Source: an uncultured cyanobacterium (GTDB lineage: Bacteria; Cyanobacteriota; Cyanobacteriia; Cyanobacteriales; Cyanobacteriaceae). Taken from it: a stretch of DNA of 64,000 bases. The position numbers and the translations under genes are program-made. Positions within the stretch are counted from its first letter, which is position 1. Each line of letters begins with the position of its first letter. Positions 1 to 11,514 of the stretch are shown here, in pieces. The notes beneath the pieces were generated by a model, which saw only the letters and a program-made list of their open reading frames with translations, was not told where the DNA came from and did not search any database. The DNA lies in NCBI GenBank assembly GCA_963749915.1, contig CAVVOP010000027.1, positions 32,001 through 96,000 on the forward strand, written 5' to 3'.

Positions 1-514
1 GAATCATAATGGGACAGTTAAAGGCTTGAGCACAACGAAAAGTTTCTTCATCTTCTAAATTAGCCCTGATTTGAGGTAAATTAACACGATGAATAGAGGC
101 ACTATGTAAGTCAATGCCATGAGTGCATTTAGCAACAATTTCTCGCATAAATAAATGAGCTAAACGAGAGGCGAGAGAACCATTTTCGGAACCCGGGAAA
201 CAGCGATTCAAGTCTCGGCGATCAGGCAGATAGCGAGATTGTTCCATAAACCCAAAAACATTCACAATAGGTACAGCAATTAATGTGCCTTTTAAACGGC
301 CAGGAACTATCTGATTAACTACTTGGCGAATAATTTCCACTCCGTTGATTTCGTCCCCATGAATAGCCCCACTAATCCACAATTTAGCCCCATCTTCTAT
401 ACCATTAATCACTGTTACAGGTAAACAAATAAGGTTTTGAGTCGGCAATCTACTGATGGGAATTTGAATTACCTTAATTTCTCCTCTCTTAACTTCTTCC
501 CCCGCTATTTTCAT
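1..514 (-). CDS. Succinylglutamate desuccinylase/aspartoacylase family (M14-fold) protein, runs off window start
   Basis: Manual translation from ATG at 514: MKIAGEEVKRGEIKVIQIPISRLPTQ...LWISGAIHGDEING, then RYLPDRRDLNRCFPG and IDLHSA. HGDE and DLH zinc motifs; lies directly downstream of rimK. Confidence 0.85.
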   Translation of the reverse strand, partial: MKIAGEEVKRGEIKVIQIPISRLPTQNLICLPVTVINGIEDGAKLWISGAIHGDEINGVEIIRQVVNQIVPGRLKGTLIAVPIVNVFGFMEQSRYLPDRRDLNRCFPGSENGSLASRLAHLFMREIVAKCTHGIDLHSASIHRVNLPQIRANLEDEETFRCAQAFNCPIMI

Positions 515-574
515 TGGTTTTGGCTTTTAATTTCAATTTATGATTAAGTTCTCTATCCATTGATCCATTGACCG

Positions 575-1483
575 TTAAAATTGAATGCGGTCACGATTAC
601 TATTACCCATTTCCAGATTCTTTTCGATAAAATCAATAATCTTCTCCGCTACATCTACTTGGCTGGCCTTTTCGATGCCTTCCAACCCCGGAGAAGAATT
701 AACCTCCATGACCACAGGGCCATGATTCGAGCGTAATAAATCCACCCCTGCAACCCGCAACCCCATTGCCTTAGCCGAGCGAATGGCGGTACTCCTTTCC
801 TCTGGAGTTAACTTAATTTTCTCAGCCTTGCCTCCCCGATGAAGATTTGAGCGAAAATCCCCTTCAGGGCCTTGTCTTTTCATAGCTGCTACAACCTTAT
901 TTCCTACTACGAAGCAGCGAATATCTGCACCTCCAGCCTCCTTAATAAACTCTTGTACTAAAATATTAGCGTTTAAACCCCGAAATGCTTGGATTACCGA
1001 CTTAGCCGCTTGACTAGTTTCTGTCAAGACTACACCTATACCCTGAGTGCCTTCTAATAATTTAATGACTAAAGGTGCACCTCCAACGGTTTCAATTAAA
1101 CCGTCAATATCTTCTGTATTATGAGCGAAACCAGTTACAGGTAAACCAATACCCTCTCTAGCTAAAATTTGTACACAGCGTAATTTATCACGAGATCTGG
1201 AAATAGCTTGAGATTCGTTAGCACTAAATACCCCCATTACCTCAAATTGTCTAACTACCGCTAAACCGTAAAAAGTTTTCGATGCGCCGATGCGAGGAAT
1301 AATGGCGTCAAAATTTTCTAAAGTTTTCCCTCCATATACCACCGTTGGCTTGTGGGAAGTAATATTCATGTAGCATCGAAGGTAGTTAACCACCTTCATC
1401 TCATGCCCTCGTTTTTCTCCTGCTTCTTTCAATCTTTTCGTCGAATAAAGGCTACCATCTTGAGACAAAATAGCTATTTTCAT
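575..1483 (-). CDS. rimK: Ribosomal protein S6--L-glutamate ligase (ATP-grasp)
   Basis: MKIAILS start, [47 protein letters not shown]. Confidence 0.95.
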   Translation of the reverse strand: MKIAILSQDGSLYSTKRLKEAGEKRGHEMKVVNYLRCYMNITSHKPTVVYGGKTLENFDAIIPRIGASKTFYGLAVVRQFEVMGVFSANESQAISRSRDKLRCVQILAREGIGLPVTGFAHNTEDIDGLIETVGGAPLVIKLLEGTQGIGVVLTETSQAAKSVIQAFRGLNANILVQEFIKEAGGADIRCFVVGNKVVAAMKRQGPEGDFRSNLHRGGKAEKIKLTPEERSTAIRSAKAMGLRVAGVDLLRSNHGPVVMEVNSSPGLEGIEKASQVDVAEKIIDFIEKNLEMGNSNRDRIQF

Positions 1484-1821
1484 GGAATATTCTCAATATT
1501 ATCTGCTTTTAAATCTATCATCACATTGTACAACTGCGGTTAATCTTTTCCTTAACAAAGCGAATATAAAGATGTTTAAAAGTAGATTTTAAGACCCTAG
1601 GCAAACCAAAATCTATGATGGTTTTCCACCCACCTCCATCACCATCTGTGCCACACAATAAACAATTTCTTTACGAGTAGTACATTCTTTTGTCGGGTGA
1701 AAAGCGTTTAAAAGATTCGGTTTGAGCAACACTCCATACATAAATGTTAGCCTTAACCGGGCAATATTGCTATAGCATTCATAAGATTTTGGACAATCAG
1801 TTAATTTTTGTTGCGTTTATC

Positions 1822-2268
1822 CTAACCTATTGCTCGTTCGTTTAACTTCCCACTCATGATAACTACTCTGCTAAAGTAACGAAAGGCAAAAACATATTCT
1901 CCTTTATCTCCTGGGGGATCTACAGTATTATATTTAGCATTGAGATAATGTCCATATTCTTCTAGGAAAACCTTGACAATTCTTGATATATCGCCACTGT
2001 TAACTAATTCTTCGGAAAGATAAAGGGTATTGGTACTTTGAGTAAAAGCACCATTCGCACCATTGATTTTGTTCGAGGGAGTGATTTTTAGTTGGGGTAA
2101 ATCAGAAAATCTCCCTTGTAACCAGGAAGATAATAAATTATCTACAGGGAGACTCGAACCGAAAATGTGTTCTAGTTGATCTTGACAATCGTTATCTCTA
2201 GCAAAGTTTTGTAGTTGTCCTAAAGCATTGTTTAAGATGAAATTCCAACTATAAAAATTTTGATTCAT
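1822..2268 (-). pseudogene. N-terminal fragment of a large cyanobacterial Ca-binding/RTX-type exoprotein
   Basis: INGANGAF...TLYLSEE...LEEYGHYL...DPPGDKGE resembles the N-terminal module of giant cyanobacterial exoproteins, but the ORF ends shortly after. Likely start MNQNFY at 2268. Confidence 0.55.
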
Positions 2269-2449
2269 AATAATTTGATTTATTTTTACTTTTTTCTCTA
2301 TCCTCACACAAAAATTAGTAATATATATCCGTATTACTACTGAATAATTACCACGAGAATTATTAGTCCCACTTACGGTTTGAGGAATGTGCAATAAATC
2401 ATCCAGCAATGATGCAACGTCCAAATTGGGGTTAATTTTTAACTATTTA

Positions 2450-3484
2450 TTATTTATCAATGGCAGTACCACGCAATTGTCCACAGGCCGCGTCTGCTTC
2501 CAAACCGCGAGAAGAACGCACACTAACAGCGATATTTTCTTGTTTTAATCGGTTTAAAAATTCGTTAATTCTTTCTTTTGATGGGCGTTTATAATCAACT
2601 TCGGAAATGGGGTTATAGGGAATGAGATTAACATGGGTTTGAAATCCCCGTAAATGCTGAGCCAATTCTTGGGCGTGTTGGGGTAAATCGTTAACACCTG
2701 CTAGTAAAATATATTCAAATGTCACTCTTCTTCCCGTTATTTTGACATATTCTCGACAATCCGCTAATAGTTGTTGTAAGGAATAATGATTGGCACTGGG
2801 GATGAGTTTTTCTCGAATGGTCTGATTAGATGCATGAAGACTAACCGCAAAGGTTATTTGTTGTCGATGTTGGGCTAGTTCTCGGATTTTTTGCGGCAAC
2901 CCCACCGTAGATATTGTAAGGGATCGTTGACCAATACCAATATCTTCATTGATGGATTTTATGGCGGGGATAACTTCAGGTAAATTCAATAAAGGCTCAC
3001 CCATACCCATAAATACCGCATTGGAGACTCTTTCGCCAAAATCCTTTTGCACTGTCAAAATTTGGTCTATGATTTCGTGGGCTTTAAGATTGCGGGTAAA
3101 GCCACTTTTTCCAGTAGCACAGAAGCTACAATCCATAATGCAACCTACTTGAGAAGATAAGCACACCGTTAATCTTTTACTGGTGGGAATACCAACGGCT
3201 TCGATTATTAAACCATCTGCCAATTTTAACAAGTATTTCCGAGTTTGATCGGGGGCAATACTACAGTGATGAATCTGCGATCGCCCAATAACTGTGTTCT
3301 CCTGACTTTCTCGCCATTTTTGAGGAAAAACAGTAATATCCTTTAAAGAAGTCACTCCCTTTTTGTATAACCACTGATGGAGTTGTTTTCCTCTATAAGC
3401 TGGTTGCCCTTGTTTTGTAACCCATTCGGTTAATTCAGGTAACGATTTTCCTAATAATATTTCTTGTGTTTGCATATTCCCCAT
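2450..3484 (-). CDS. rlmN: 23S rRNA/tRNA m2A methyltransferase (radical SAM)
   Basis: [16 protein letters not shown] (CxxxCxxC), FMGMGEP, SLHA, AACGQL. Confidence 0.95.
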   Translation of the reverse strand: MGNMQTQEILLGKSLPELTEWVTKQGQPAYRGKQLHQWLYKKGVTSLKDITVFPQKWRESQENTVIGRSQIHHCSIAPDQTRKYLLKLADGLIIEAVGIPTSKRLTVCLSSQVGCIMDCSFCATGKSGFTRNLKAHEIIDQILTVQKDFGERVSNAVFMGMGEPLLNLPEVIPAIKSINEDIGIGQRSLTISTVGLPQKIRELAQHRQQITFAVSLHASNQTIREKLIPSANHYSLQQLLADCREYVKITGRRVTFEYILLAGVNDLPQHAQELAQHLRGFQTHVNLIPYNPISEVDYKRPSKERINEFLNRLKQENIAVSVRSSRGLEADAACGQLRGTAIDK

Positions 3485-3635
3485 TCCCCATTCCCCATGA
3501 GCTTTTTTTATTAAAAACTTATCATAACCAAACTAGAAAAGCCCAGTTTTTTTATCTAATTTTGAAATCAGCGAAGTGATTATCAATCATCAATTAATTA
3601 TCGATAATCAATATATAATTATTTTGACTCGGTAA

Positions 3636-3798
3636 TATAGCAATCAGGAATCATTCGTGAGAATCAAATAATTGTTTTAAAAGGATTCAGAATCCAGAAT
3701 CCAGTATTCAGTAGAATAATTCTGACTCCCGACTCCTGACTCCTGACTCCTGACTCCTAGTCTCACCAAAATCTCACAAATCAAAACTGATTGCTATA
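3636..3798. repeat. MITE-like small element with terminal inverted repeats and internal heptamer repeats
   Basis: TATAGCAATCAG...CTGATTGCTATA perfect 12-bp TIR, extending imperfectly to GTGAGA/TCTCAC; interior has (CAGAATC)n and (GACTCCT)n. Confidence 0.7.
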
Positions 3799-3848
3799 AC
3801 TGCCGAAATTGTCATTATCAACATTTAAAGTGGAGGATTAAGTTTATC

Positions 3849-4238
3849 ATGGGATATGCCAATGTTTTTACAAAACTAGATCAAGATATATCAACTCAAA
3901 TTAAGAATTTACAAGCAAAACAACAAGAATTAATCGAAAAGAAAAAAAATTTATCGGCTACAAAACAAAAAATACAGGGTTTTCTTACTGATGCTCAAGA
4001 AATTAAAAAGATTATAGCATCTCAACCAGAATTAATTAAATCTATTGAGATTGAACTAAGTAAAATTTTTACTGCGGATAGCCAATCTCAATTGCCGGTT
4101 AAAAAAGGAACAAATTTGCCAACTAATCTTGAGTATTCTTCTTCAGAAAGTCAAGATGGTAAAGTTTCTGATAACCCTAATGATTTGGAATTAGAGGAAG
4201 AAGAATCAATTAAAATTTTTAAATTTATTGATACCTAA
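3849..4238 (+). CDS. Hypothetical protein, N-terminal coiled coil and acidic tail
   Basis: 129-aa ORF with upstream GGAGG; heptad-like Q/K/L N-terminus. Confidence 0.7.
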   Translation: MGYANVFTKLDQDISTQIKNLQAKQQELIEKKKNLSATKQKIQGFLTDAQEIKKIIASQPELIKSIEIELSKIFTADSQSQLPVKKGTNLPTNLEYSSSESQDGKVSDNPNDLELEEEESIKIFKFIDT

Positions 4239-4505
4239 GGGAAAAATACTTCTTCCTGAGATTGGCTATTTTTTTAGGTCCAATTTCTACATATAATGAG
4301 CTTTATTTGCGGTTAATTGTGAAGAATAACTATCCATCGTCAAAGATCCTGACCACGATTCAAGTCAATTAACTAAACATAAGGCTTTTAGTCATTCCCT
4401 GTTTTAAAATTCCCCATTCAGCTTACTGTTGAGTTTTGCTAACTTAGATTGCAACATAACCTTTTTATTTGCTCATAATAATTTTTTTTCAAAGCAGGTA
4501 GAATT

Positions 4506-5519
4506 TTAAGTTTTACTGAGTTTAAAAATGTAAGGAATGTTAAACCTATTAAGAATATTCACTAACAAAATGGGTAAATAAATACCGGCCACAAGACCTA
4601 AAAATAAATGAAGATAAAAATTATGAATCCCTAATAAATTCTGAAGAGTAATTCTCATAAAAGCAGAGAAAATAGTATGAGACAAGAAAATTTCTAGGCT
4701 AAATACTCCCCATTTTTTTATTTCATTAAACCTATTGACTTTTTCTAAAAAAATTGATAGAAAAACAGTTGAAATACTGCCAATAAAAGCAAAGGTTATA
4801 TTCTTAAATATGTTATACTCTGAATAAAGCTGAATAATACCAAAGGTTAAAATAAGAAAACCAAAACTACTAAATAAAATAGCATTTTTTATAGATAAAT
4901 GATTAATTTTAGATAATAATTCTGATTTATTCGCTATCCATACACCCATAGCAAAATATATACTAAATAACCAACTGCGATATAAAATACTGAGATAATT
5001 AACATCAATATTTAGTAATTTTAAACCATAAATAGTAACTGATAAAATCAAAAAATATAATGGAGTTTTTTCTTTATTTATCTGATACAATAAAGCATAA
5101 GTCATTATTATTATAAATAAACTATATAAAAACCAATATTGCATTATCGGATCATACCAAATTCTAAATAATTGAGTCCACTCCATTTTATGATTTGTAT
5201 ATTTACTAAAAAATATTTGAAGACTACCTTGTAAAATTGACCAAATAAAATAGGGGTAAGCAATGGATTTTAGACGATTTTTTAAAAAATTGGATAACGA
5301 TGATGACCTGACAATACTTCCGTGAATAAATAAACCTGAAAGTATGAAAAAAAGAGGCATATGAAAAGCATAAATCCAATGATCCAAAAGAATAAAAGGG
5401 GAAGAATCAGAGATAATTTTACTATTAATAAAAGATCGTATTAAATGCCCTAAAACAACTAAAAAAATGCCTAACCCTTTTGCATAATCAACCCATAAAA
5501 TGTGATATTTATTAGTCAT
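4506..5519 (-). CDS. Acyltransferase-3 family membrane O-acyltransferase
   Basis: WVDYAKGLGIFLVVLGH, YAFHMPLFFILSG, YWFLYSL; multiple TM helices. Confidence 0.85.
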   Translation of the reverse strand: MTNKYHILWVDYAKGLGIFLVVLGHLIRSFINSKIISDSSPFILLDHWIYAFHMPLFFILSGLFIHGSIVRSSSLSNFLKNRLKSIAYPYFIWSILQGSLQIFFSKYTNHKMEWTQLFRIWYDPIMQYWFLYSLFIIIMTYALLYQINKEKTPLYFLILSVTIYGLKLLNIDVNYLSILYRSWLFSIYFAMGVWIANKSELLSKINHLSIKNAILFSSFGFLILTFGIIQLYSEYNIFKNITFAFIGSISTVFLSIFLEKVNRFNEIKKWGVFSLEIFLSHTIFSAFMRITLQNLLGIHNFYLHLFLGLVAGIYLPILLVNILNRFNIPYIFKLSKT

Positions 5520-6595
5520 GATTTGAGATTTTCATCATAATTTGGTAATAACTCATGTTCAAAAGGTTTGGAATTATCAATTACCCATTTATCTAAAATA
5601 TCCTTAAATAATATTTCTTCAATCCAAGTTTTAAAAACAACAGTGAGAGGAAGTGCTAATAATAACCCTAATAAACCAAAAGAAGTCGCAAAAAATATTT
5701 GAGCAAAAAGGGTTAGGGCCGGTAATAATGATACTTTTTCTGCCATAACTCTAGGAGTCAACCAATAGCTTTCTATATTTTGAACGATAAAGTACCACAT
5801 TATAATAAAAATGATTTTCCAAGGAGAATCTACCACGGCAATCATAATAGGAAAAACAACGCTTAAAGTTGGCCCAATATTAGGAATGAAATTTAATAAT
5901 CCTGCTAAAAGAGCATGAAATAATACTAGTTTTATTTGTAAAACCCATAAGCCAACACCAGTTAAAGCGGCGATAAAAATACAGTTAATGATAATTCCAT
6001 TTAACCAACTAACTATAGCGATTTCACTTTTATTCAGAATATCATCAATACGATAGCGATAAAAAGAGGGGCATATTTTGAGGAAGTAATGGCGATATTG
6101 TTTTGGATTTAAAAGAAAAATAATTGTTAAAACAAAAACTAAAATAAGTTGTAAGATAACGACAAAAATGTTAGAAAAAATAGCAATAAAATTATTGAAA
6201 ATTTCTAAAGCAGAAAAACTATAATCGTTAAGAGTTTTCTTGAGACTATTAAGAGGGAACAAAATTTGGTATTGTTCATAATTAAGACTATTAATAAACT
6301 CAGTTATTTTTTTTACAACCTTAGGAAAAAGATTAATCAGCAACTGAAATTGCTCAATAAAAGGTGGAAGAATTAATACTAATAAAATATTAATAATAAT
6401 TAAAGTCCCGAGAATAATTATTACTATTGATTTATTTCTGTTTAACTTAAATTGCTCTAATTTATTTACTAATCGATTTAAGACAACAGAAAAAATAATA
6501 GCTGTAAAAATCAATAAAATTAGTTTGCGTATTTGCCAAACAATATAAACAGATATCAAAAAAGATAAAAACCCGACAGATTGACCAAAATTCAT
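5516..6595 (-). CDS. AI-2E family (PerM-like) transporter
   Basis: LAGLLNFIPNIGP, QNIESYWLTPRVM, FGLLGLLLALP; ATGA overlap with the downstream gene. Confidence 0.9.
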   Translation of the reverse strand: MNFGQSVGFLSFLISVYIVWQIRKLILLIFTAIIFSVVLNRLVNKLEQFKLNRNKSIVIIILGTLIIINILLVLILPPFIEQFQLLINLFPKVVKKITEFINSLNYEQYQILFPLNSLKKTLNDYSFSALEIFNNFIAIFSNIFVVILQLILVFVLTIIFLLNPKQYRHYFLKICPSFYRYRIDDILNKSEIAIVSWLNGIIINCIFIAALTGVGLWVLQIKLVLFHALLAGLLNFIPNIGPTLSVVFPIMIAVVDSPWKIIFIIMWYFIVQNIESYWLTPRVMAEKVSLLPALTLFAQIFFATSFGLLGLLLALPLTVVFKTWIEEILFKDILDKWVIDNSKPFEHELLPNYDENLKS

Positions 6596-6865
6596 ATTTA
6601 CGAAAGAACTAAATATATGTTATTTTTATAGAAAATTTGGGTATATAAAAGATGTAAAAACTCACAATTTTGAGACTGTTAATGTAAAATTAGCTCACTG
6701 TTGCTTGATTAACCTTTATTTTCCCTTTTCTTTGGCCAAATGCGGAAATCTGACTGGTAAATTTTAACTTATATTTGAGAAGGGTGTAAGATCTCAGATA
6801 AATAGGTATTAAGTTGACTATTCTAAAAGTACTAAACACCTAACGATGGATTATGGACTACTAAT

Positions 6866-7063
6866 ATGAATCAAAATAAAAATAACTTTAACAGTTTTAT
6901 CTCTCAAATAGCTTTAAGTCTGCTTACCCCGACGGTGATTGTTACCAAAATTGTGGAGTATGAACTAATACAAATATTAGAAGATATGGGTAAAGCCAGT
7001 GAAGAGATTTTTCGGGGTGAAAGATTGCCGATTTTAACAAATCATCACTCTGATATAATCTAA
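6866..7063 (+). CDS. Small conserved hypothetical protein
   Basis: C-terminal GKASEEIFRGERLP resembles a small cyanobacterial protein family (from recall). Confidence 0.6.
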   Translation: MNQNKNNFNSFISQIALSLLTPTVIVTKIVEYELIQILEDMGKASEEIFRGERLPILTNHHSDII

Positions 7064-7620
7064 AAAATTGGGCGTTACTCAATTAAAGTATGATTTGGGT
7101 GGTGGTAAGGAAGAAAGAACATCGAGAATGTTCACTTTAAGATTCAATAAGATAATTAATTAATTGTCAATTATCCAATATTCCCTTAAGAAAATGTATC
7201 GTAGAAAACCATATCCTATGGATCTTTGCCGCTAAGATTCTAAGATTGTAATTGTTTAACTTAGAATTAATTAGTGAGAAATCAGAATCGGCCACGCCGA
7301 AAATTGATGAAACTAAGTTAATGTGGGGAGAAAAACTTTTACTATTACTATAATTAATTGTCATTAAGTATGAGTTTTTAGGCAACATAAATCGTATATT
7401 AACCATGGGATCAATGTCCTTTATCTCAAGTTCGGATTATTACTTATAAATCTGAAATAATAGACCTCTTGCAAAAGTCAAAAAATCTGGTCGTCAGAGA
7501 AGTCAGGAGTCAGAAAGGCTTTTCCAATCCAAAATCCAAAATGCAAAAGGACTCAAGACTACACCTTATTTTGTGAATTTTCTTTTGTTTAAATTAAGAT
7601 TAACACCCGTTCATTAAGAT

Positions 7621-10600
7621 ATGAAAATAAAAAATATGATTACTTCAGCCACTGCTAACTATACAGAAGAATTAAGTATTTATTCCAGTTCTGAATTGTT
7701 ATTGCGTCATCGACTCAAATTAGTTGAAAATTTATGGGAATCAGTCTTAAAAAATGAATGTGGACAGGAATTAGTCGATTTATTAGAGAAACTGAAGTCT
7801 GCTTGTTCTCCTGAAGGTCAAACATCGGAAGTACAAGAAATTTCTGTAAGTAAATGGATTGAACAATTAGAATTAGATGATGCTATTAAGGCCGTACGTG
7901 CTTTTGCATTATATTTTCAGTTAATCAATATTGTTGAACAACATTACGAACAGAGAACCCAAAAGTTGATTCGCCGGACGACAACGGAAGACCAAGTTAA
8001 TGCCATTCAAAAACCTGAGTCTGATAATCATCAAACAACGATATTAGATACGAAAGAAGAACCACAAAGTTATTTTAAGCCTAAAAGTAATCCGGCTAGT
8101 GGTGGTACTTTTCATTGGCTTTTCCCTTATTTACAGAAGTTGAACATGCCACCGCCGAAAATTCAACAATTACTAGATCAATTAGATATTAACTTAGTTT
8201 TTACCGCCCACCCTACGGAAATTGTCCGTCATACTATCCGCAAAAAACAACGGCGTATATCTCATTTTCTCGAAAAATTGGACGCCGCAGAGGAGTCTTT
8301 CCGCGCAATGGGTTTAACGAATTCTTGGGAGGCGGAAAACTATCGGGAATGTTTGATGGAAGAGGTGCGTTTATGGTGGCGTACTGATGAACTGCACCAA
8401 TTCAAACCAACGGTTTTAGACGAGGTTGATTACGCTTTACACTACTTCCAAGAGGTATTATTTCATACTTTACCTGACCTATCCATTCGCTTAAAACAGG
8501 CTTTACACAATACTTTTCCTAAATTAAAATCCCCAACCCACAAATTCTGTTATTTTGGATCATGGGTGGGGGGTGATCGAGACGGGAATCCCTTTGTTAC
8601 TCCGGAAGTAACATGGTCAACGGCTTGTTATCAGCGTAACCTTGTTATTGATAAATATTTAGAATCTATGGGGCAACTCAATGATATTCTCAGTTTATCT
8701 CTACACTGGTGTAACGTTTTACCGGAATTGTTAGATTCTTTAGAACGCGATCGCATAGGGATGCCCGAATTGTATGATAAATTGTATGTTCGTTACCGTC
8801 AAGAACCTTATCGCTTAAAATTGGCTTATATTGAGCAAAGATTGAAAAATACCCAGGCAAGAAATGAAGCCTTATCCAATCCCGAAACGAGAAAATCGAT
8901 CAAATTAGCTGATAAAGAAGATAACCTTTACCCTTCCAATTTTGACTTATTGGAAGATCTCAATTTAATTAAATTTAACCTTGAAAATACGGGGTTAAAG
9001 TGCAAAGAATTAGATCATTTAATTTCTCAGGTAGAAATCTTCGGTTTTCATCTCACTCCCTTAGATTTTCGTCAAGATTCTTCTCGTCATTCCGATGCAC
9101 TTAAGGAAATTGCCGAGTATTTAGGAGTGTTAGATAAACCCTATAACGAATTGTCGGAGACAGAAAAAACCGCATGGTTAGTACAAGAATTGAAAACCCG
9201 TCGCCCATTAATTCCTAGGGAAATTTCTTTTTCTGACACTACGGCGGAAACGATCGAAACTTTCAGGATTTTACGAGCGTTACAAATAGAGTTTGGTTTA
9301 GATATCTGTCACACCTACATCATCAGCATGACAAACTATGTAAGCGATGTATTAGAAGTCTTATTGCTAGCTAAAGAAGCTGGATTATACGATCCCATTT
9401 TAGGAGTTACCAGTATTGGTATCGTACCATTATTTGAAACAGTAGAAGACTTAAAACGGGCGCCGATGGTGATGTCAGAATTATTTGAGTTACCCTTATA
9501 TCGGGCTTGTTTAACCGGGGGATATGAGAATGTAGCCAAATCTGTTTCTAATTTAGTATTACCGGACTTAAACCCCAAAAACTTACAAGAAATCATGTTG
9601 GGTTATTCTGATAGTAATAAGGATTCAGGATTTTTAAGTAGTAACTGGGAAATTCATAAAGCACAAAAAACCCTTGCCAGAATCGGCGATAAATACGGTT
9701 TGAATATTAAAATATTTCACGGACGTGGTGGTTCAGTGGGTAGAGGAGGAGGACCAGCTTATGCAGCTATTTTAGCACAACCGACCTCCACCATCGACGG
9801 CAGAATCAAAATTACCGAACAAGGGGAAGTGTTAGCCTCTAAATATTCCTTACCCGAATTGGCATTATATAACCTCGAAACTATTAGTACTGCTGTTATT
9901 CAAGCTAGTTTACTCGGTAGCGGTTTTGATGATATTGAGCCTTGGAATGGGATCATGGAAGAAATTGCGGCATCTTCTCGTAAAGCCTATCGTCAGTTAA
10001 TCTATGAACAACCCGACTTTATTGATTTCTTCTTATCAGTAACTCCTATTGAAGAAATTAGCAAATTACAAATAAGCTCTCGTCCTGCCCGTCGTAGTAA
10101 TGGCAAAAAAGATATTTCCTCTCTGCGGGCCATTCCCTGGGTATTTAGTTGGACTCAAAGCCGTTTCTTACTTCCTGCATGGTATGGTGTTGGTACGGCG
10201 TTACAGGAGTTTTTAAACCAAGAACCGGTCGAAAACTTGAAGCTATTGCGCTATTTTTATTTAAAATGGCCTTTCTTTAAAATGGTTATTTCTAAGGCGG
10301 AAATGACTCTTTCGAAGGTGGATTTACAGATGGCTAGTCATTATGTGGATGAATTGGCAAAAGATGAAGATAAAGAGCGTTTTCAGACAGTATTTAACCA
10401 AATTGCGAAGGAATATTACTTAAGCCGTGATATTGTCTTGCAAATTAATGAGCAAAATCGATTATTAGACAACGATCCTGAACTACAGAGATCCATACAA
10501 TTGCGCAACGGTACGATAGTACCTCTAGGATTTTTGCAAGTATCCTTACTTAAACGTTTAAGACAATATGCCAGCCAGGATAAAGCTGGTTTAATCCACT

Positions 10601-10683
10601 TCCGCTATAGTAAGGATGAATTATTACGAGGTGCATTGTTAACCATCAACGGTATCGCTGCCGGTATGCGTAACACTGGTTGA
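7621..10683 (+). CDS. ppc: Phosphoenolpyruvate carboxylase
   Basis: [54 protein letters not shown]-terminal RNTG. Confidence 0.98.
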   Translation: MKIKNMITSATANYTEELSIYSSSELLLRHRLKLVENLWESVLKNECGQELVDLLEKLKSACSPEGQTSEVQEISVSKWIEQLELDDAIKAVRAFALYFQLINIVEQHYEQRTQKLIRRTTTEDQVNAIQKPESDNHQTTILDTKEEPQSYFKPKSNPASGGTFHWLFPYLQKLNMPPPKIQQLLDQLDINLVFTAHPTEIVRHTIRKKQRRISHFLEKLDAAEESFRAMGLTNSWEAENYRECLMEEVRLWWRTDELHQFKPTVLDEVDYALHYFQEVLFHTLPDLSIRLKQALHNTFPKLKSPTHKFCYFGSWVGGDRDGNPFVTPEVTWSTACYQRNLVIDKYLESMGQLNDILSLSLHWCNVLPELLDSLERDRIGMPELYDKLYVRYRQEPYRLKLAYIEQRLKNTQARNEALSNPETRKSIKLADKEDNLYPSNFDLLEDLNLIKFNLENTGLKCKELDHLISQVEIFGFHLTPLDFRQDSSRHSDALKEIAEYLGVLDKPYNELSETEKTAWLVQELKTRRPLIPREISFSDTTAETIETFRILRALQIEFGLDICHTYIISMTNYVSDVLEVLLLAKEAGLYDPILGVTSIGIVPLFETVEDLKRAPMVMSELFELPLYRACLTGGYENVAKSVSNLVLPDLNPKNLQEIMLGYSDSNKDSGFLSSNWEIHKAQKTLARIGDKYGLNIKIFHGRGGSVGRGGGPAYAAILAQPTSTIDGRIKITEQGEVLASKYSLPELALYNLETISTAVIQASLLGSGFDDIEPWNGIMEEIAASSRKAYRQLIYEQPDFIDFFLSVTPIEEISKLQISSRPARRSNGKKDISSLRAIPWVFSWTQSRFLLPAWYGVGTALQEFLNQEPVENLKLLRYFYLKWPFFKMVISKAEMTLSKVDLQMASHYVDELAKDEDKERFQTVFNQIAKEYYLSRDIVLQINEQNRLLDNDPELQRSIQLRNGTIVPLGFLQVSLLKRLRQYASQDKAGLIHFRYSKDELLRGALLTINGIAAGMRNTG

Positions 10684-11012
10684 TGATTTTTCCCCTCACC
10701 CTAATTCCTTACAAGGAAGGGTGGGTTTTTTATAATTAGGTGTTGACAAGACAAGGAGGACAAGAACGAAAAGGGAAAAGTCCCAAAGAATTAATGACGG
10801 CTGAAAAACATCCTCATTGGCTGGAAATGCTTGGCTTTGAAAGATTTCGACGAGCCTGACCATTTAACTTCGAAAACAATACTGCCGTCCTTCAAGCTAA
10901 GTTTTCACTTGGCTCAAATTGACCTGCTTGTGTTACCCAAAATTCCCCCTTTTTGAACATCGCCGAATAAGTGGAGCGATCGAGAAATTGCTAGAAAAAC
11001 ATTATCAAATAA

Positions 11013-11415
11013 CGGAAACAAGAAGGATTAGTCGCAGCCACCGTAGCCGAATCTATTGGTGCAATTAAGCTGATTCAGGCTCTTTCTTTAGAATCTGCTT
11101 TTGCTCAGATATTTTCCCAACAAAACCACGCCAGTTTATCTAAAACCCTGGAAACAAAACGTTTATCGGCAACTTTAGAACGCACCGTTGATGGAGTGAT
11201 TGCTCTGTCTGGGTATGGCGATCGTCTTGTGGTATGGTTCTAGGTTAGTGTTGCGAGATGCCTTAACCCCAGGGGATGTGATTGTTTTCCTCACCTATCT
11301 TAAAAACGCCTTTAAACCCGTACAAAACTTTGCCAAATATACGGGTAGATTAGCTAAGGCTACTGCTTCGGGCGAGCGTATTTTAAACAAGACTTGGCCA
11401 GTTATCGAAATTTAG
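11013..11415 (+). pseudogene. Fragment of an ABC exporter transmembrane domain, frameshifted
   Basis: RKQEGLVAATVAESIGAIKLIQAL...TVDGVIAL continues in another frame as GMAIVLWYGSRLV...TPGDVIVFLTYL...ASGERI; TCTG duplication at 11204-11211; no NBD follows. Confidence 0.75.
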
Positions 11416-11514
11416 ATATTAAGTTTTATGGGCGATCGGTTATTAATGCGGTAGCCCCACCGAAGGTGATCGAATTTTGGAATAGGATTGGATTTGATCC
11501 CACTTTGTGCTACT

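Noticed and set aside
1612..1742. Short minus-strand ORF MYGVLLKPN...GGKPS upstream of rimK
   Set aside because: Looks like a gene fragment, but I cannot assign it and it does not resemble RimB.
6650..6675. CRP/NtcA-like site (TGTAA...TCACA)
   Set aside because: Half-site spacing does not match either consensus.
7167..7406. 79-aa minus-strand ORF upstream of ppc
   Set aside because: Low-complexity AT-rich intergenic sequence with no family signal.
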